The position numbers and the translations under genes are program-made. Positions 38,211-46,493 of a DNA stretch of 64,000 nt are shown one piece after another. The DNA is taken from contig JBJTQN010000371.1 in assembly GCA_046075665.1 (NCBI GenBank), forward strand, positions 3,244-67,243. Reading direction: 5' to 3'. The notes under the pieces were generated by a model. The model was not told the origin of the DNA. It worked only from the letters and a program-made list of their open reading frames with translations, and searched no databases. The DNA comes from Armatimonadota bacterium (GTDB taxonomy: Bacteria; Armatimonadota; Armatimonadia; Armatimonadales; Armatimonadaceae). Within the stretch, counting starts at the first letter, position 1, and every line of letters starts with the position of its first letter.

Positions 38211-39047
38211 ATGCAAGATAAGCTGTTTCAGCCTTTGTGGGGAGCTAACATCCCCGGTCAAATCAAATCGGATGGCGTTGAAACCGACATCACCAAACCT
38301 GGTGAGGGTTTGGTGATGGGCAAGCGCGTCGCGCGCATCGCTAATGTCTCGATTCCGGGAATTGCAGTGTATGCACCACCGAAACGAAAACAAAATGGTG
38401 CTGCAGTGGTGGTCTGTCCGGGAGGCGGCTTTAGCATTTTGGCGATGGACCTTGAGGGCACAGAGGTTGCGGCATGGCTCAATAGCATCGGAGTCACGGC
38501 GATCGTCCTTAAATACCGCGTCCCGACAGGTAGCTTCGACCCAAACTGGCTTGGGCCAACCATGGATGCCCAGCGTGCCATTTCGATGGCGCGGAAGAAT
38601 GCAAAGGAATGGGGTATCGATCCCACACGTATCGGAATTCTGGGCTTCTCGGCTGGCGGTAAGACGGCTGCGATGGCAGCGCTCGCATGCGGAAAGCGGC
38701 TTTATGCGCCTCAGGACGATGTGGATGCAGCACCTTGTAATGCTGACTTTGGCGTCCTGGTATATCCGGCTTACTTAGTTGACAAAAACAATCAGTTGAA
38801 TGCCGAAGTCAAGGCGACAAAGGAATGCCCTCCGATGTTCTTTGCGCACACAGCGGATGACCCAGTCACACCGCAGAGTACGCTGGTTCTTGCCGGTGCT
38901 TTGCAAGCGGTAAAGGTCCATGTCGAAGTGCATTTATATCCAAATGGCGGTCACGGCTACGGTCTGCGACCTGATAAGACAAAGCAGGTCACAAGCTGGC
39001 CAGAGCGGTGCACGGACTGGATGCGAAACCGCGGAATTATTCGTTGA
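38211..39047 (+). CDS. Alpha/beta hydrolase, carbohydrate esterase-like
   Basis: VVCPGGGF oxyanion region, GFSAGG nucleophile elbow and a late GGHGY. ATG at 38211 follows the ALDH stop. Confidence 0.7.
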   Translation: MQDKLFQPLWGANIPGQIKSDGVETDITKPGEGLVMGKRVARIANVSIPGIAVYAPPKRKQNGAAVVVCPGGGFSILAMDLEGTEVAAWLNSIGVTAIVLKYRVPTGSFDPNWLGPTMDAQRAISMARKNAKEWGIDPTRIGILGFSAGGKTAAMAALACGKRLYAPQDDVDAAPCNADFGVLVYPAYLVDKNNQLNAEVKATKECPPMFFAHTADDPVTPQSTLVLAGALQAVKVHVEVHLYPNGGHGYGLRPDKTKQVTSWPERCTDWMRNRGIIR

Positions 39048-39460
39048 CGACAACCATAAATGACATCGGGTTCTTTCTGGAAACGCTTCCTGAAAACAAG
39101 CGGGCGGACATCAGTGCGCTGAACGATTGGTTTGCCCAGCTGTTTTCTGGTGAACCGGTTCAATTTTTTGATGGCTTGGATGACACTGGAAAAGTAGTGG
39201 CAAATCCGACCATCGGATACGGGAAGCACACGCTTAGTTATGCCAATGGCGCATCCAAAGAGACATTTAGACTAGGCCTCAGTGCGAACAAGACTGGGAT
39301 TTCTGTTTACGTGATGGGAATCAAGGACAAAACATTACTGAATTCATTGTTCGGAGACAGGCTTGGTAAGGCCAAAGTGACTGGCTACTGCATCCGTTTT
39401 GGCAAGCTTGCGGATATCAACGTGGAAATCCTGACGAATGTCATCGCAAGTGTTAGATAA
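39044..39460 (+). CDS. DUF1801 (YdhG-like) domain protein
   Basis: The sequence pattern resembles DUF1801. The start is ambiguous (TTG 39044 or GTG 39008). Confidence 0.5.
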   Translation: MTTTINDIGFFLETLPENKRADISALNDWFAQLFSGEPVQFFDGLDDTGKVVANPTIGYGKHTLSYANGASKETFRLGLSANKTGISVYVMGIKDKTLLNSLFGDRLGKAKVTGYCIRFGKLADINVEILTNVIASVR

Positions 39461-39487
39461 CTCTGCGTTAGGTTAGGAAATGGCGTT

Positions 39488-39706
39488 ATGACAGTTTTAC
39501 GCAGTCCCCGCTACACGGACCAAAAGTCGAGAATTCGGCTTGTCATCGTTGCCGCAGTTATTCTTATTGGTGTCGGTGTGTGGGTTTCAACCCAGCTGGG
39601 CACGGATCGCTACAAGGTTTCGTGTGCCGTCTGCGGAGGGGATGGCATGATTGCCCGCCCGGATGACTGTACACGTTGCAGTGGCACTGGACGGGTGATG
39701 CCTTAG
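39488..39706 (+). CDS. Small membrane-anchored protein with a DnaJ-type CxxCxGxG zinc finger
   Basis: One TM segment (LVIVAAVILIGVGVWV), then CAVCGGDG and CTRCSGTG. AGGAAA lies upstream of the ATG. Confidence 0.6.
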   Translation: MTVLRSPRYTDQKSRIRLVIVAAVILIGVGVWVSTQLGTDRYKVSCAVCGGDGMIARPDDCTRCSGTGRVMP

Positions 39707-40116
39707 CGACCTGAGAATCTCAGGTTGTACATGATGAACATCAGAGCTCCCCAATGGGCAAGCGTGGTGATGCTTCCGAGTGTGATGGCGACAATAGCGT
39801 GTGCTTTGCCCGGAAGCTCTGGTTGCGCTTTGATGGCATTCCATCCGCGGATTCCCCGCCATATAGCGATAGGGCCAAGACCCAGTCCAAAGACGGGCAC
39901 TAGGCTGAACACTGAAAGGTAGTAACCCATCAACGCCTGTTGGTTTTTCGTCGGAATCAGGGTTTCAAGGGCATCTGGAGTGGCATCATCACCAATCGTC
40001 TTACCACTTTCGTATCGCTCTGTTCGTGCGGCTTCCTGTTGTACCCATCCGGGCGCATGGCGCCTCGGAACGCCTCCGTGTTGTTGTAAACCAGACATAT
40101 GTTGACACAATGCCAT
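39703..40116 (-). CDS. DUF4190-like small membrane protein
   Basis: Two TM helices flanking a WRGIRGWNAIKAQPELPGKAHA loop, the DUF4190 pattern. Start uncertain. Confidence 0.5.
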   Translation of the reverse strand: MALCQHMSGLQQHGGVPRRHAPGWVQQEAARTERYESGKTIGDDATPDALETLIPTKNQQALMGYYLSVFSLVPVFGLGLGPIAIWRGIRGWNAIKAQPELPGKAHAIVAITLGSITTLAHWGALMFIMYNLRFSGR

Positions 40117-40259
40117 GGTTGGCGGTCACCCTGCAACTGGAAATCCTGATCCGCCTTTCGATTCACTTTTCAAATCTGTGTGCTGCGTTGACCACTGGCA
40201 TAAATCCTGCGGAAATGTTCAATCAGGCTGATACAGGCTGCATTAGGAAACAGGTGTGT

Positions 40260-42161
40260 ATGTCAATCAAGATTATCGTGTTAGCGGCTGGACTGGGCAA
40301 GAGGTTCGAATCCGATGCACATAAATGTCTGGTCCCACTACAGTTTGGCGAAGGTACTCTTAGTCGATTGCTTCGTCAGATCGTCCAAGTGGGTTATGAA
40401 CAAGACATCGTTGTTGTCACCGGCTATCAGTCACAAGAGGTCCGCTCTGTCGTGGGAACGGTTTCGCCCGGTGCGACCACCGTTTATAATCCTGATTTTT
40501 CTAATGGATCATCACTGACAAGTCTGAAAGCGGCTGTAAATGCCCTATATCCAGATGAAGCAGTCGCCGGCGCCTGGGTTTTGTTTGCCGATACCGTCTA
40601 CCAACTCCAAGCCTTAACCAGTGCGCTGACCCAGCCTCGAAGTACAGTGACTCTCATTGGAATGGAAGAAGAGCACGGCGCGTTGGATTCGATTGGATTG
40701 GTGAAGTGTTCTGATACAAACACACTTCAGGAAATCGGCCCTAAGCGTGCTACGGGTGGCTTGACGATGTTGCCCGCAGTTTTTTGGCCACGTAATCGCT
40801 GGTCCACTCTCATTGCCGGTGAGAGTCATGGCTATAGGTCGCAATGGGAGGTGCTTCGTAGCTGCGGACCATTAGATGCATTGGTCGAGGTCGTCGCAAC
40901 AGACTCCATACGGGATATCGACACGACAGAGGACTTAGAGCGCGTTAAAAAGTCATTGGTCACTGGCGATGTGGCTGCGTACTTTAAGGCAAATATCTGT
41001 AAAGAAGAGCGAAGTAGGGATCTTCCAGACCAGATTATTGGTGCAAATTATGTCAAGACATGTCAATCAGAGTGGCATGCCAACGTTGAGAGTTCGGCGT
41101 TGCAATGGATAGCAAAGCAGACTGCCGGAACAGTTGGTCCAATATTTGCTGTTAGAACTGGCCAAGTTGTTGCGACAGAATATATCAAAGGTATCCGCCT
41201 GTTTGACTTGTTCCGACTATTGAAAGAGGTAGGTAAAGCCGAACCCTCACTTACATCCAAGTCAAACGATGTTGGAGTTCGCCTACTGCAACGAAGTCTT
41301 GACAACTTGTGTCAAATTCAAACGTCGCTGTTAAGCTGGCCATTGTGCTCATCAATGACTCCATATCCATGGACAACCCATATCAACGATCTTCTGGTTG
41401 CGATCTGCAAAGCACTCGAGCTACCACCACTCAGTACTGGCACCCTGTGTGAGTTAGCTCAGCTCGAGACCGAGTGGTCCAATGATGTTGTCGTTCCATT
41501 TCGGGATGCGACGCCAAAGAACATCATGGTCGAGATTCCAGAATTGGTAAGACGTGGGCACCATGAAAGCAAAGACCGGGTTAGGTTGACAGCAAACTGG
41601 CTGCGTAAAAGTGATCTTGCTGCCGTCAGAATCGTTGATTATGACTTTACATCCGCTGAACATCTCACATCACCTGAAGATGACATCATAAGCCTTCTGG
41701 CTCATCAAGGATCAATTCACCTTGGTATGCAATTGATCGGCAATGGCAGCGACGACTGGTCACTAGCATTGGCAGAACTACCAGTCGCGCTGGGGTTGCC
41801 ATTTTCGGTGGACCGAAAGCGTACAGCCCGGGCATTACTCGTACGGTACTTGCGATTTGGCGGACGCAAGTTGATGTACCGCCTGGTGAATCCAGCCGGA
41901 TATCAAATTCGCTTTAGAAACGACTCACCCAACTATTACTTCAATGCACTCCCACAGCATTTATGTAAGCTTGATCCGGAATTCAGTCATCAATGGCCGA
42001 ATGTCCTCACGTTGCTGAACACGATCGCCGATCGCATTAATCACCTTCCAAAATGGTCACCTACCGAAGCTATTGGTGATGCTTATATGAAGAACCATGG
42101 TTCTGGTTTGACGTACTGGCAGGAAAGCCCCGTCGAAGGCTCGCTACGGAAATCGAAATGA
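40260..42161 (+). CDS. Fusion protein: N-terminal LicC/MobA-like nucleotidyltransferase plus C-terminal protein-kinase-like (APH/choline-kinase fold) domain
   Basis: N-terminus: IIVLAAGLGKRF, NPDFSNGSSLTSL, DIDTTEDL. C-terminus: catalytic-loop-like FRDATPKNIMV and a metal-binding IVDYDF motif. The ATG at 40260 avoids overlap with the convergent gene. Confidence 0.65.
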   Translation: MSIKIIVLAAGLGKRFESDAHKCLVPLQFGEGTLSRLLRQIVQVGYEQDIVVVTGYQSQEVRSVVGTVSPGATTVYNPDFSNGSSLTSLKAAVNALYPDEAVAGAWVLFADTVYQLQALTSALTQPRSTVTLIGMEEEHGALDSIGLVKCSDTNTLQEIGPKRATGGLTMLPAVFWPRNRWSTLIAGESHGYRSQWEVLRSCGPLDALVEVVATDSIRDIDTTEDLERVKKSLVTGDVAAYFKANICKEERSRDLPDQIIGANYVKTCQSEWHANVESSALQWIAKQTAGTVGPIFAVRTGQVVATEYIKGIRLFDLFRLLKEVGKAEPSLTSKSNDVGVRLLQRSLDNLCQIQTSLLSWPLCSSMTPYPWTTHINDLLVAICKALELPPLSTGTLCELAQLETEWSNDVVVPFRDATPKNIMVEIPELVRRGHHESKDRVRLTANWLRKSDLAAVRIVDYDFTSAEHLTSPEDDIISLLAHQGSIHLGMQLIGNGSDDWSLALAELPVALGLPFSVDRKRTARALLVRYLRFGGRKLMYRLVNPAGYQIRFRNDSPNYYFNALPQHLCKLDPEFSHQWPNVLTLLNTIADRINHLPKWSPTEAIGDAYMKNHGSGLTYWQESPVEGSLRKSK

Positions 42162-43141
42162 AAACGGACATAGCACTGACGTTACATCAACAGACTCTAC
42201 TTCAGAGTCGGTTACTCAGTTTCATGCCAACGGAACGCGATTCAGGAACAACCGGAAAGTCACACGACATTGACGAACTCATGCGAACTGTCTTGGCTAA
42301 GCCGTGGAGGCGGACATCCGTTGACAACGAAACGGAGGCCGATATCCGAAAAAAAGTTACAAGTGCCGTACGTCAATCAGAGCCAATACGCTTTGCATTG
42401 CCATTTGGTGGTTACAAGGGATGGCGAGCACGTTGCTTTCCTCACATCGATTGGGCAGAGGTCTTCTGGCTGGAGTATCTGTTCAAATTTGCGACGCGAA
42501 TTGCCGAGATATATTCGCCCGGTGTAGAAATCACTCTCAGCTACACAGGTGGAATTCTGACTTGGATGAACAACCTTCCGCTGGATGCAGTCGAGGTGTA
42601 TCAAAACGAACTGTCCCGACTGCTAATTTTGATGTCCAGTTCAGGCGTTCGATTTTTGATGGAAGATCATAGTCAGCTTTACGGAGATGCTGATTCTCTG
42701 ATTGCGGTTCTGGACGAGAGAGCAGAGGGTTTACCGATGCCAACATTACAGGAACGGTCGAGTGCAGCAAGAAATCTCTATCCCCTTCACGGGCAGGCTA
42801 AATGGACACCGGATGACCCAGAAGTCGTGCAAGCTGCACGGCGATGTTCTGCTATGCTTGCACTCGATCATCGTAGAAACTTTAATAAATTTGGTCCTCG
42901 CATACAGATTACGCACATTCGCGGAGCAAGCCTCTCGTTACACCTCGGAAGTACACGAAGTTCCGTTGCGCAGCCTTGGGTTTCCAGTGGGTATTTGGAA
43001 TGGGATAGTGCAAAGTCAGCTTGGATTGAGCGACTGGCAAACACGGATACCTGGCCGGCTGATGTGCAAGAAATCCACTTAAACCACCCTCTGGCAGAGT
43101 TGTTCCCTACGCTTCAGTCAGTGCCGGTTTTGGCCAGTTAG
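42158..43141 (+). CDS. Hypothetical protein (327 aa). Possibly a very divergent Dit1/PvcA-like fold (speculative).
   Basis: ATGA overlap with the upstream gene. The block EPIRFALPFGGYKGW...PHIDWAEVFWLEYL...IYSPGVEITLSYTGG is reminiscent, from memory, of the PF05141 core, but key residues differ. Confidence 0.5.
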   Translation: MKTDIALTLHQQTLLQSRLLSFMPTERDSGTTGKSHDIDELMRTVLAKPWRRTSVDNETEADIRKKVTSAVRQSEPIRFALPFGGYKGWRARCFPHIDWAEVFWLEYLFKFATRIAEIYSPGVEITLSYTGGILTWMNNLPLDAVEVYQNELSRLLILMSSSGVRFLMEDHSQLYGDADSLIAVLDERAEGLPMPTLQERSSAARNLYPLHGQAKWTPDDPEVVQAARRCSAMLALDHRRNFNKFGPRIQITHIRGASLSLHLGSTRSSVAQPWVSSGYLEWDSAKSAWIERLANTDTWPADVQEIHLNHPLAELFPTLQSVPVLAS

Positions 43142-43146
43142 CGTCT

Positions 43147-44037
43147 ATGACCATGCGGCTTGACCAATCTGAACTTGATGCACTGCACGATGTCCAACGC
43201 GACCTCTTGGTAGAGTTCGACACCGTTTGCCGACAGAACGGACTACGTTACCAGCTGGCAGCAGGGACACTACTTGGAGCAATCCGTCACGGCGACATAA
43301 TTCCATGGGATGACGATGTTGATGTCATCATGCCACGGGATGACTATGAACAGCTGATGTCCATAGGGCAAAACGTGTTCAGCAAAGACTTGTTCCTACA
43401 GACCCGCAAATCTGATCTGACGTATAAATCACTTTTTGCCCGGTTGAGACGAAATGACAGTGAACTAAGATTTTCATGGGACAGGAGTGATACACACAAC
43501 GGAATATTCATCGATATTTTCCCAATGGATTTTGTGAGTCCAAATTCTATACGAGGACACTTACAGCGGTTGTTAATTGCAGCACTTCGCATCGGCGAGC
43601 GCGTAGCATACTACATTCCGGATGACAAGACATCCGAAGGGATCCGCATGAGTAGAATTAGTAAACGGATTATTTCGAAGTTTTTTACATTGGTGCCGCT
43701 TGACGGGTATTTGTCAATGATTGAAGTTGTAATGGCTTGGTACCGTTCCCAAAATACCGGTCATGTTGCTTGCCTTACACAGCTTACGCCATCGCAGTTA
43801 TTGAACGCCGAGCGCATTCGGCCAGCCAGTGAGCTCATCGATTGCTGTCGTGTTCCGTTGCGTGGAAATCTCTTTCACGCACCAACAGAATACGACGTTA
43901 CACTCACGCGACTATACGGAAACTATATGGAGCTTCCTCCGGTCAGTCAGCGAGTAAACCCGCACCCTATCGCGGGATTTAAGTTACCTGGTCAACAAGC
44001 TGACGATCATAGTCAGAATAGAGGCAGTGTCGTGTAA
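43147..44037 (+). CDS. LicD-family phosphotransferase
   Basis: LQLAAGTLLGAIRHGDIIPWDDDVDVIMPRDDY and IDIFPMD are hallmark LicD motifs. Confidence 0.8.
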   Translation: MTMRLDQSELDALHDVQRDLLVEFDTVCRQNGLRYQLAAGTLLGAIRHGDIIPWDDDVDVIMPRDDYEQLMSIGQNVFSKDLFLQTRKSDLTYKSLFARLRRNDSELRFSWDRSDTHNGIFIDIFPMDFVSPNSIRGHLQRLLIAALRIGERVAYYIPDDKTSEGIRMSRISKRIISKFFTLVPLDGYLSMIEVVMAWYRSQNTGHVACLTQLTPSQLLNAERIRPASELIDCCRVPLRGNLFHAPTEYDVTLTRLYGNYMELPPVSQRVNPHPIAGFKLPGQQADDHSQNRGSVV

Positions 44038-44491
44038 ACACTATTCCTTCGAAAGTTACACAATCTTTTCTTATGCAACTCTTACGGTGCAAGTACCGCT
44101 CAACAAACCTTGATTCTGGTAAGTAAATCAGTATTCTGCTGAGCGAGCATTCACGAAAACCCCAGTCAATCACGCTTTCCGCAATCATCCGACCATTTCC
44201 AAATGCCCACGGACACAAAACCGGCGCCAGCTCCGCTTCTCCATCTTCAGGTTGAAGCCCACCCCAGCCTGCATAGTGGTCATCGATAAAGAATGCCCAC
44301 GGACCGTATCCGTATTCCCGCCACAGGGCTTCTTTCCCGGAGATAAAGCCTTCGTATGCTGCATCATCAAATACACCCGTGGCAAGTGGCAAATGGCGGC
44401 GCACGCCCACGTCATTCATTTGTGCGATGACCAGTTCACGTGGAGCACTCGCAATCGGGCGTAAGTCAAGCTTTACGTCGTCCATAACCAA
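43979..44491 (-). CDS. GNAT family N-acetyltransferase (RimJ/RimL-like)
   Basis: Size and pattern fit (WAFFIDDHYAGWGGL, ...AESVIDWGF...SRILIYL). Convergent with licD, with a 59-nt 3' overlap. Confidence 0.6.
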   Translation of the reverse strand: MVMDDVKLDLRPIASAPRELVIAQMNDVGVRRHLPLATGVFDDAAYEGFISGKEALWREYGYGPWAFFIDDHYAGWGGLQPEDGEAELAPVLCPWAFGNGRMIAESVIDWGFRECSLSRILIYLPESRFVERYLHRKSCIRKDCVTFEGIVFTRHCLYSDYDRQLVDQVT

Positions 44492-44680
44492 ATTCTATCG
44501 ATGCGCTCGAGGGATAGAGCTCACGAGTTACATCGTTTCTGTTAAACAATAGACCGTATCTTACATCAACGAGTTGAAACCATTGTGGTACATCTGAGAG
44601 TACATTTGTTAGGCAAGCGGACCAACCATTGCACGTTTGGCATTAACCGTATGTCAACAAAACAAGGGAGAGTGAATCGG

Positions 44681-44938
44681 ATGTTAGGTCGTTTCGGATT
44701 GTTCACTGCTATTTTTCTGATGACGATGGGAGCCGTACGAGCGGAGGAGACGGTCTGGGTTTCAACATCAACTCCCCACGTCAAAGTATCCAAATCAGGG
44801 ACATCCTGGAAGTTCGAAACTGCAAAGGCAACTTGGTATGTAAAGCAGGGCGAACGCCTGCCCGCACATCTTCAAACGGAAGCAGGCAAAGTCCTTCGCG
44901 CTGGTATTAAGCCAACCGGGAAGGGCAACAAGCGCTGA
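44681..44938 (+). CDS. Small secreted protein (85 aa)
   Basis: Signal peptide MLGRFGLFTAIFLMTMGAVRAEE. AGGGAGAG Shine-Dalgarno sequence 8 nt upstream of the ATG at 44681. Confidence 0.5.
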   Translation: MLGRFGLFTAIFLMTMGAVRAEETVWVSTSTPHVKVSKSGTSWKFETAKATWYVKQGERLPAHLQTEAGKVLRAGIKPTGKGNKR

Positions 44939-44984
44939 CAGGATAGTCCGACAAGTCATCCGGTAGGGTGGAGGCGGTACACTG

Positions 44985-46448
44985 ATGCCGATAATTATGG
45001 GCGACAGCAAGGCATTCATCTCCACCCCCCGCGAAGTTTCGAAGAAGCGACCTGTCAGCGAGCGCATCCATGACTGGAAGGAAGTCTACCTTCCGATGGC
45101 ACCGGACACGCTGAAAACACAGGCATCTCGCTGCATGGACTGCGGCGTTCCCTTCTGCCACAACGGGTGTCCACTGGGCAACCTTATCCCGGACTGGAAT
45201 GACCTTGTCTACCGCAACCGCTGGAAGGAAGCTATTCAAGCACTTCACGCAACCAACAACTTCCCTGAGTTCACTGGCCGTCTCTGCCCGGCACCCTGCG
45301 AAGATGCCTGTGTGCTATCCATCAACAGCAAAGCAGTTACTATAAAGACCATCGAGCAACGGATTATCGACCATGCCTTCGAGCAGGGATGGATTTTTCC
45401 AGAGCCGCCTGCACACCGTACGGGAAAGAAAGTAGCTGTCATCGGCTCCGGGCCCGCCGGTCTTGCCGCTGCGCAACAGCTCAACCGTGCAGGTCATTTG
45501 GTGACGGTTCTCGAGCGTGATGACCGTATCGGTGGCCTCCTTCGTTACGGAATCCCTGACTTCAAAATGGACCGCGCCGTGCTGGACCGCCGGCTTGAGC
45601 TCCTTGAGGCTGAGGGCATAATCTTCCAGACCAATGTTAATGTCGGCGTGGATGTCAGTGGCGAAGACCTCCTTCGCGACTACGATGCCGTCCTCGTGTG
45701 TATTGGAGCCCTGCGTCCACGTGACCTCGATGTCCCTGGACGGGAGCTCAGCGGCGTACATTTCGCGATGGATTATCTCACCCGCCAGAACCGCGTGGTT
45801 GCTGGGGATGCCGTCGAGGACCCAATCGATGCCAGTGGCAAGCACGTTCTGATTATCGGTGGCGGTGATACCGGCGCTGACTGCTACGGAACCGCTATCC
45901 GCCAAGGCGCAGCCAGCGTTCATCAGTTCCAGATTCACCCGGAACCCGGTACGGACATGCCAGACCTCAACCCCTGGTGGCCACAGCCAGCCCACATCCT
46001 CAAGCTGGGTCCAGCCCATGAAGAGGGTGGCGAACGCGTCTATGGCATCCATACAACCCACCTAAGTGGCGAGAATGGTCACGTAACGGGTTTGCACACC
46101 GTGGATGTCGAACGCGTCGGCAAAGGACCAAGTGGCGAGCGGCGCATCGAGGCCGTCCCCGGGTCTGAGCGTATCTTCCATGCAGACATCGTACTTCTGG
46201 CGATTGGTTACAACGGCGCAGAACACCCCGTCATCAATACGTTCGGTTTGGATGTGGATGGCCGAGGGAATATCAAGGCATCCGATGACTACCAAACATC
46301 CGTTCCAGGCGTCTTCGCAGCGGGAGACTCCCGCCGTGGTCAGAGCCTCATCGTTTGGGCGATTGCCGAGGGCCGCGAAGCCGCACGTGGCGTGGATGAG
46401 TACCTGACGGGCAAGAGCCGTCTGCCACTGACACACGTCGTCGAGTAA
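44985..46448 (+). CDS. gltD: Glutamate synthase (NADPH) small subunit
   Basis: Fe-S cysteines CMDCGVPFC..GCP, and FAD/NAD motifs VAVIGSGPAGLAAA and VLIIGGGDTGADC. No gltB is adjacent. Confidence 0.9.
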   Translation: MPIIMGDSKAFISTPREVSKKRPVSERIHDWKEVYLPMAPDTLKTQASRCMDCGVPFCHNGCPLGNLIPDWNDLVYRNRWKEAIQALHATNNFPEFTGRLCPAPCEDACVLSINSKAVTIKTIEQRIIDHAFEQGWIFPEPPAHRTGKKVAVIGSGPAGLAAAQQLNRAGHLVTVLERDDRIGGLLRYGIPDFKMDRAVLDRRLELLEAEGIIFQTNVNVGVDVSGEDLLRDYDAVLVCIGALRPRDLDVPGRELSGVHFAMDYLTRQNRVVAGDAVEDPIDASGKHVLIIGGGDTGADCYGTAIRQGAASVHQFQIHPEPGTDMPDLNPWWPQPAHILKLGPAHEEGGERVYGIHTTHLSGENGHVTGLHTVDVERVGKGPSGERRIEAVPGSERIFHADIVLLAIGYNGAEHPVINTFGLDVDGRGNIKASDDYQTSVPGVFAAGDSRRGQSLIVWAIAEGREAARGVDEYLTGKSRLPLTHVVE

Positions 46449-46493
46449 CACTTTTCAGCGGACAGATGTTCGCAAATCCTGTAATGTCGGGGT

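Noticed and set aside
40303-40313. GGTTCGAATCC, which resembles a tRNA T-loop/T-arm.
   Set aside because: It lies inside the nucleotidyltransferase CDS, where it encodes GKRFESD. The flanking bases form no acceptor or T stem, so it is a coincidence.
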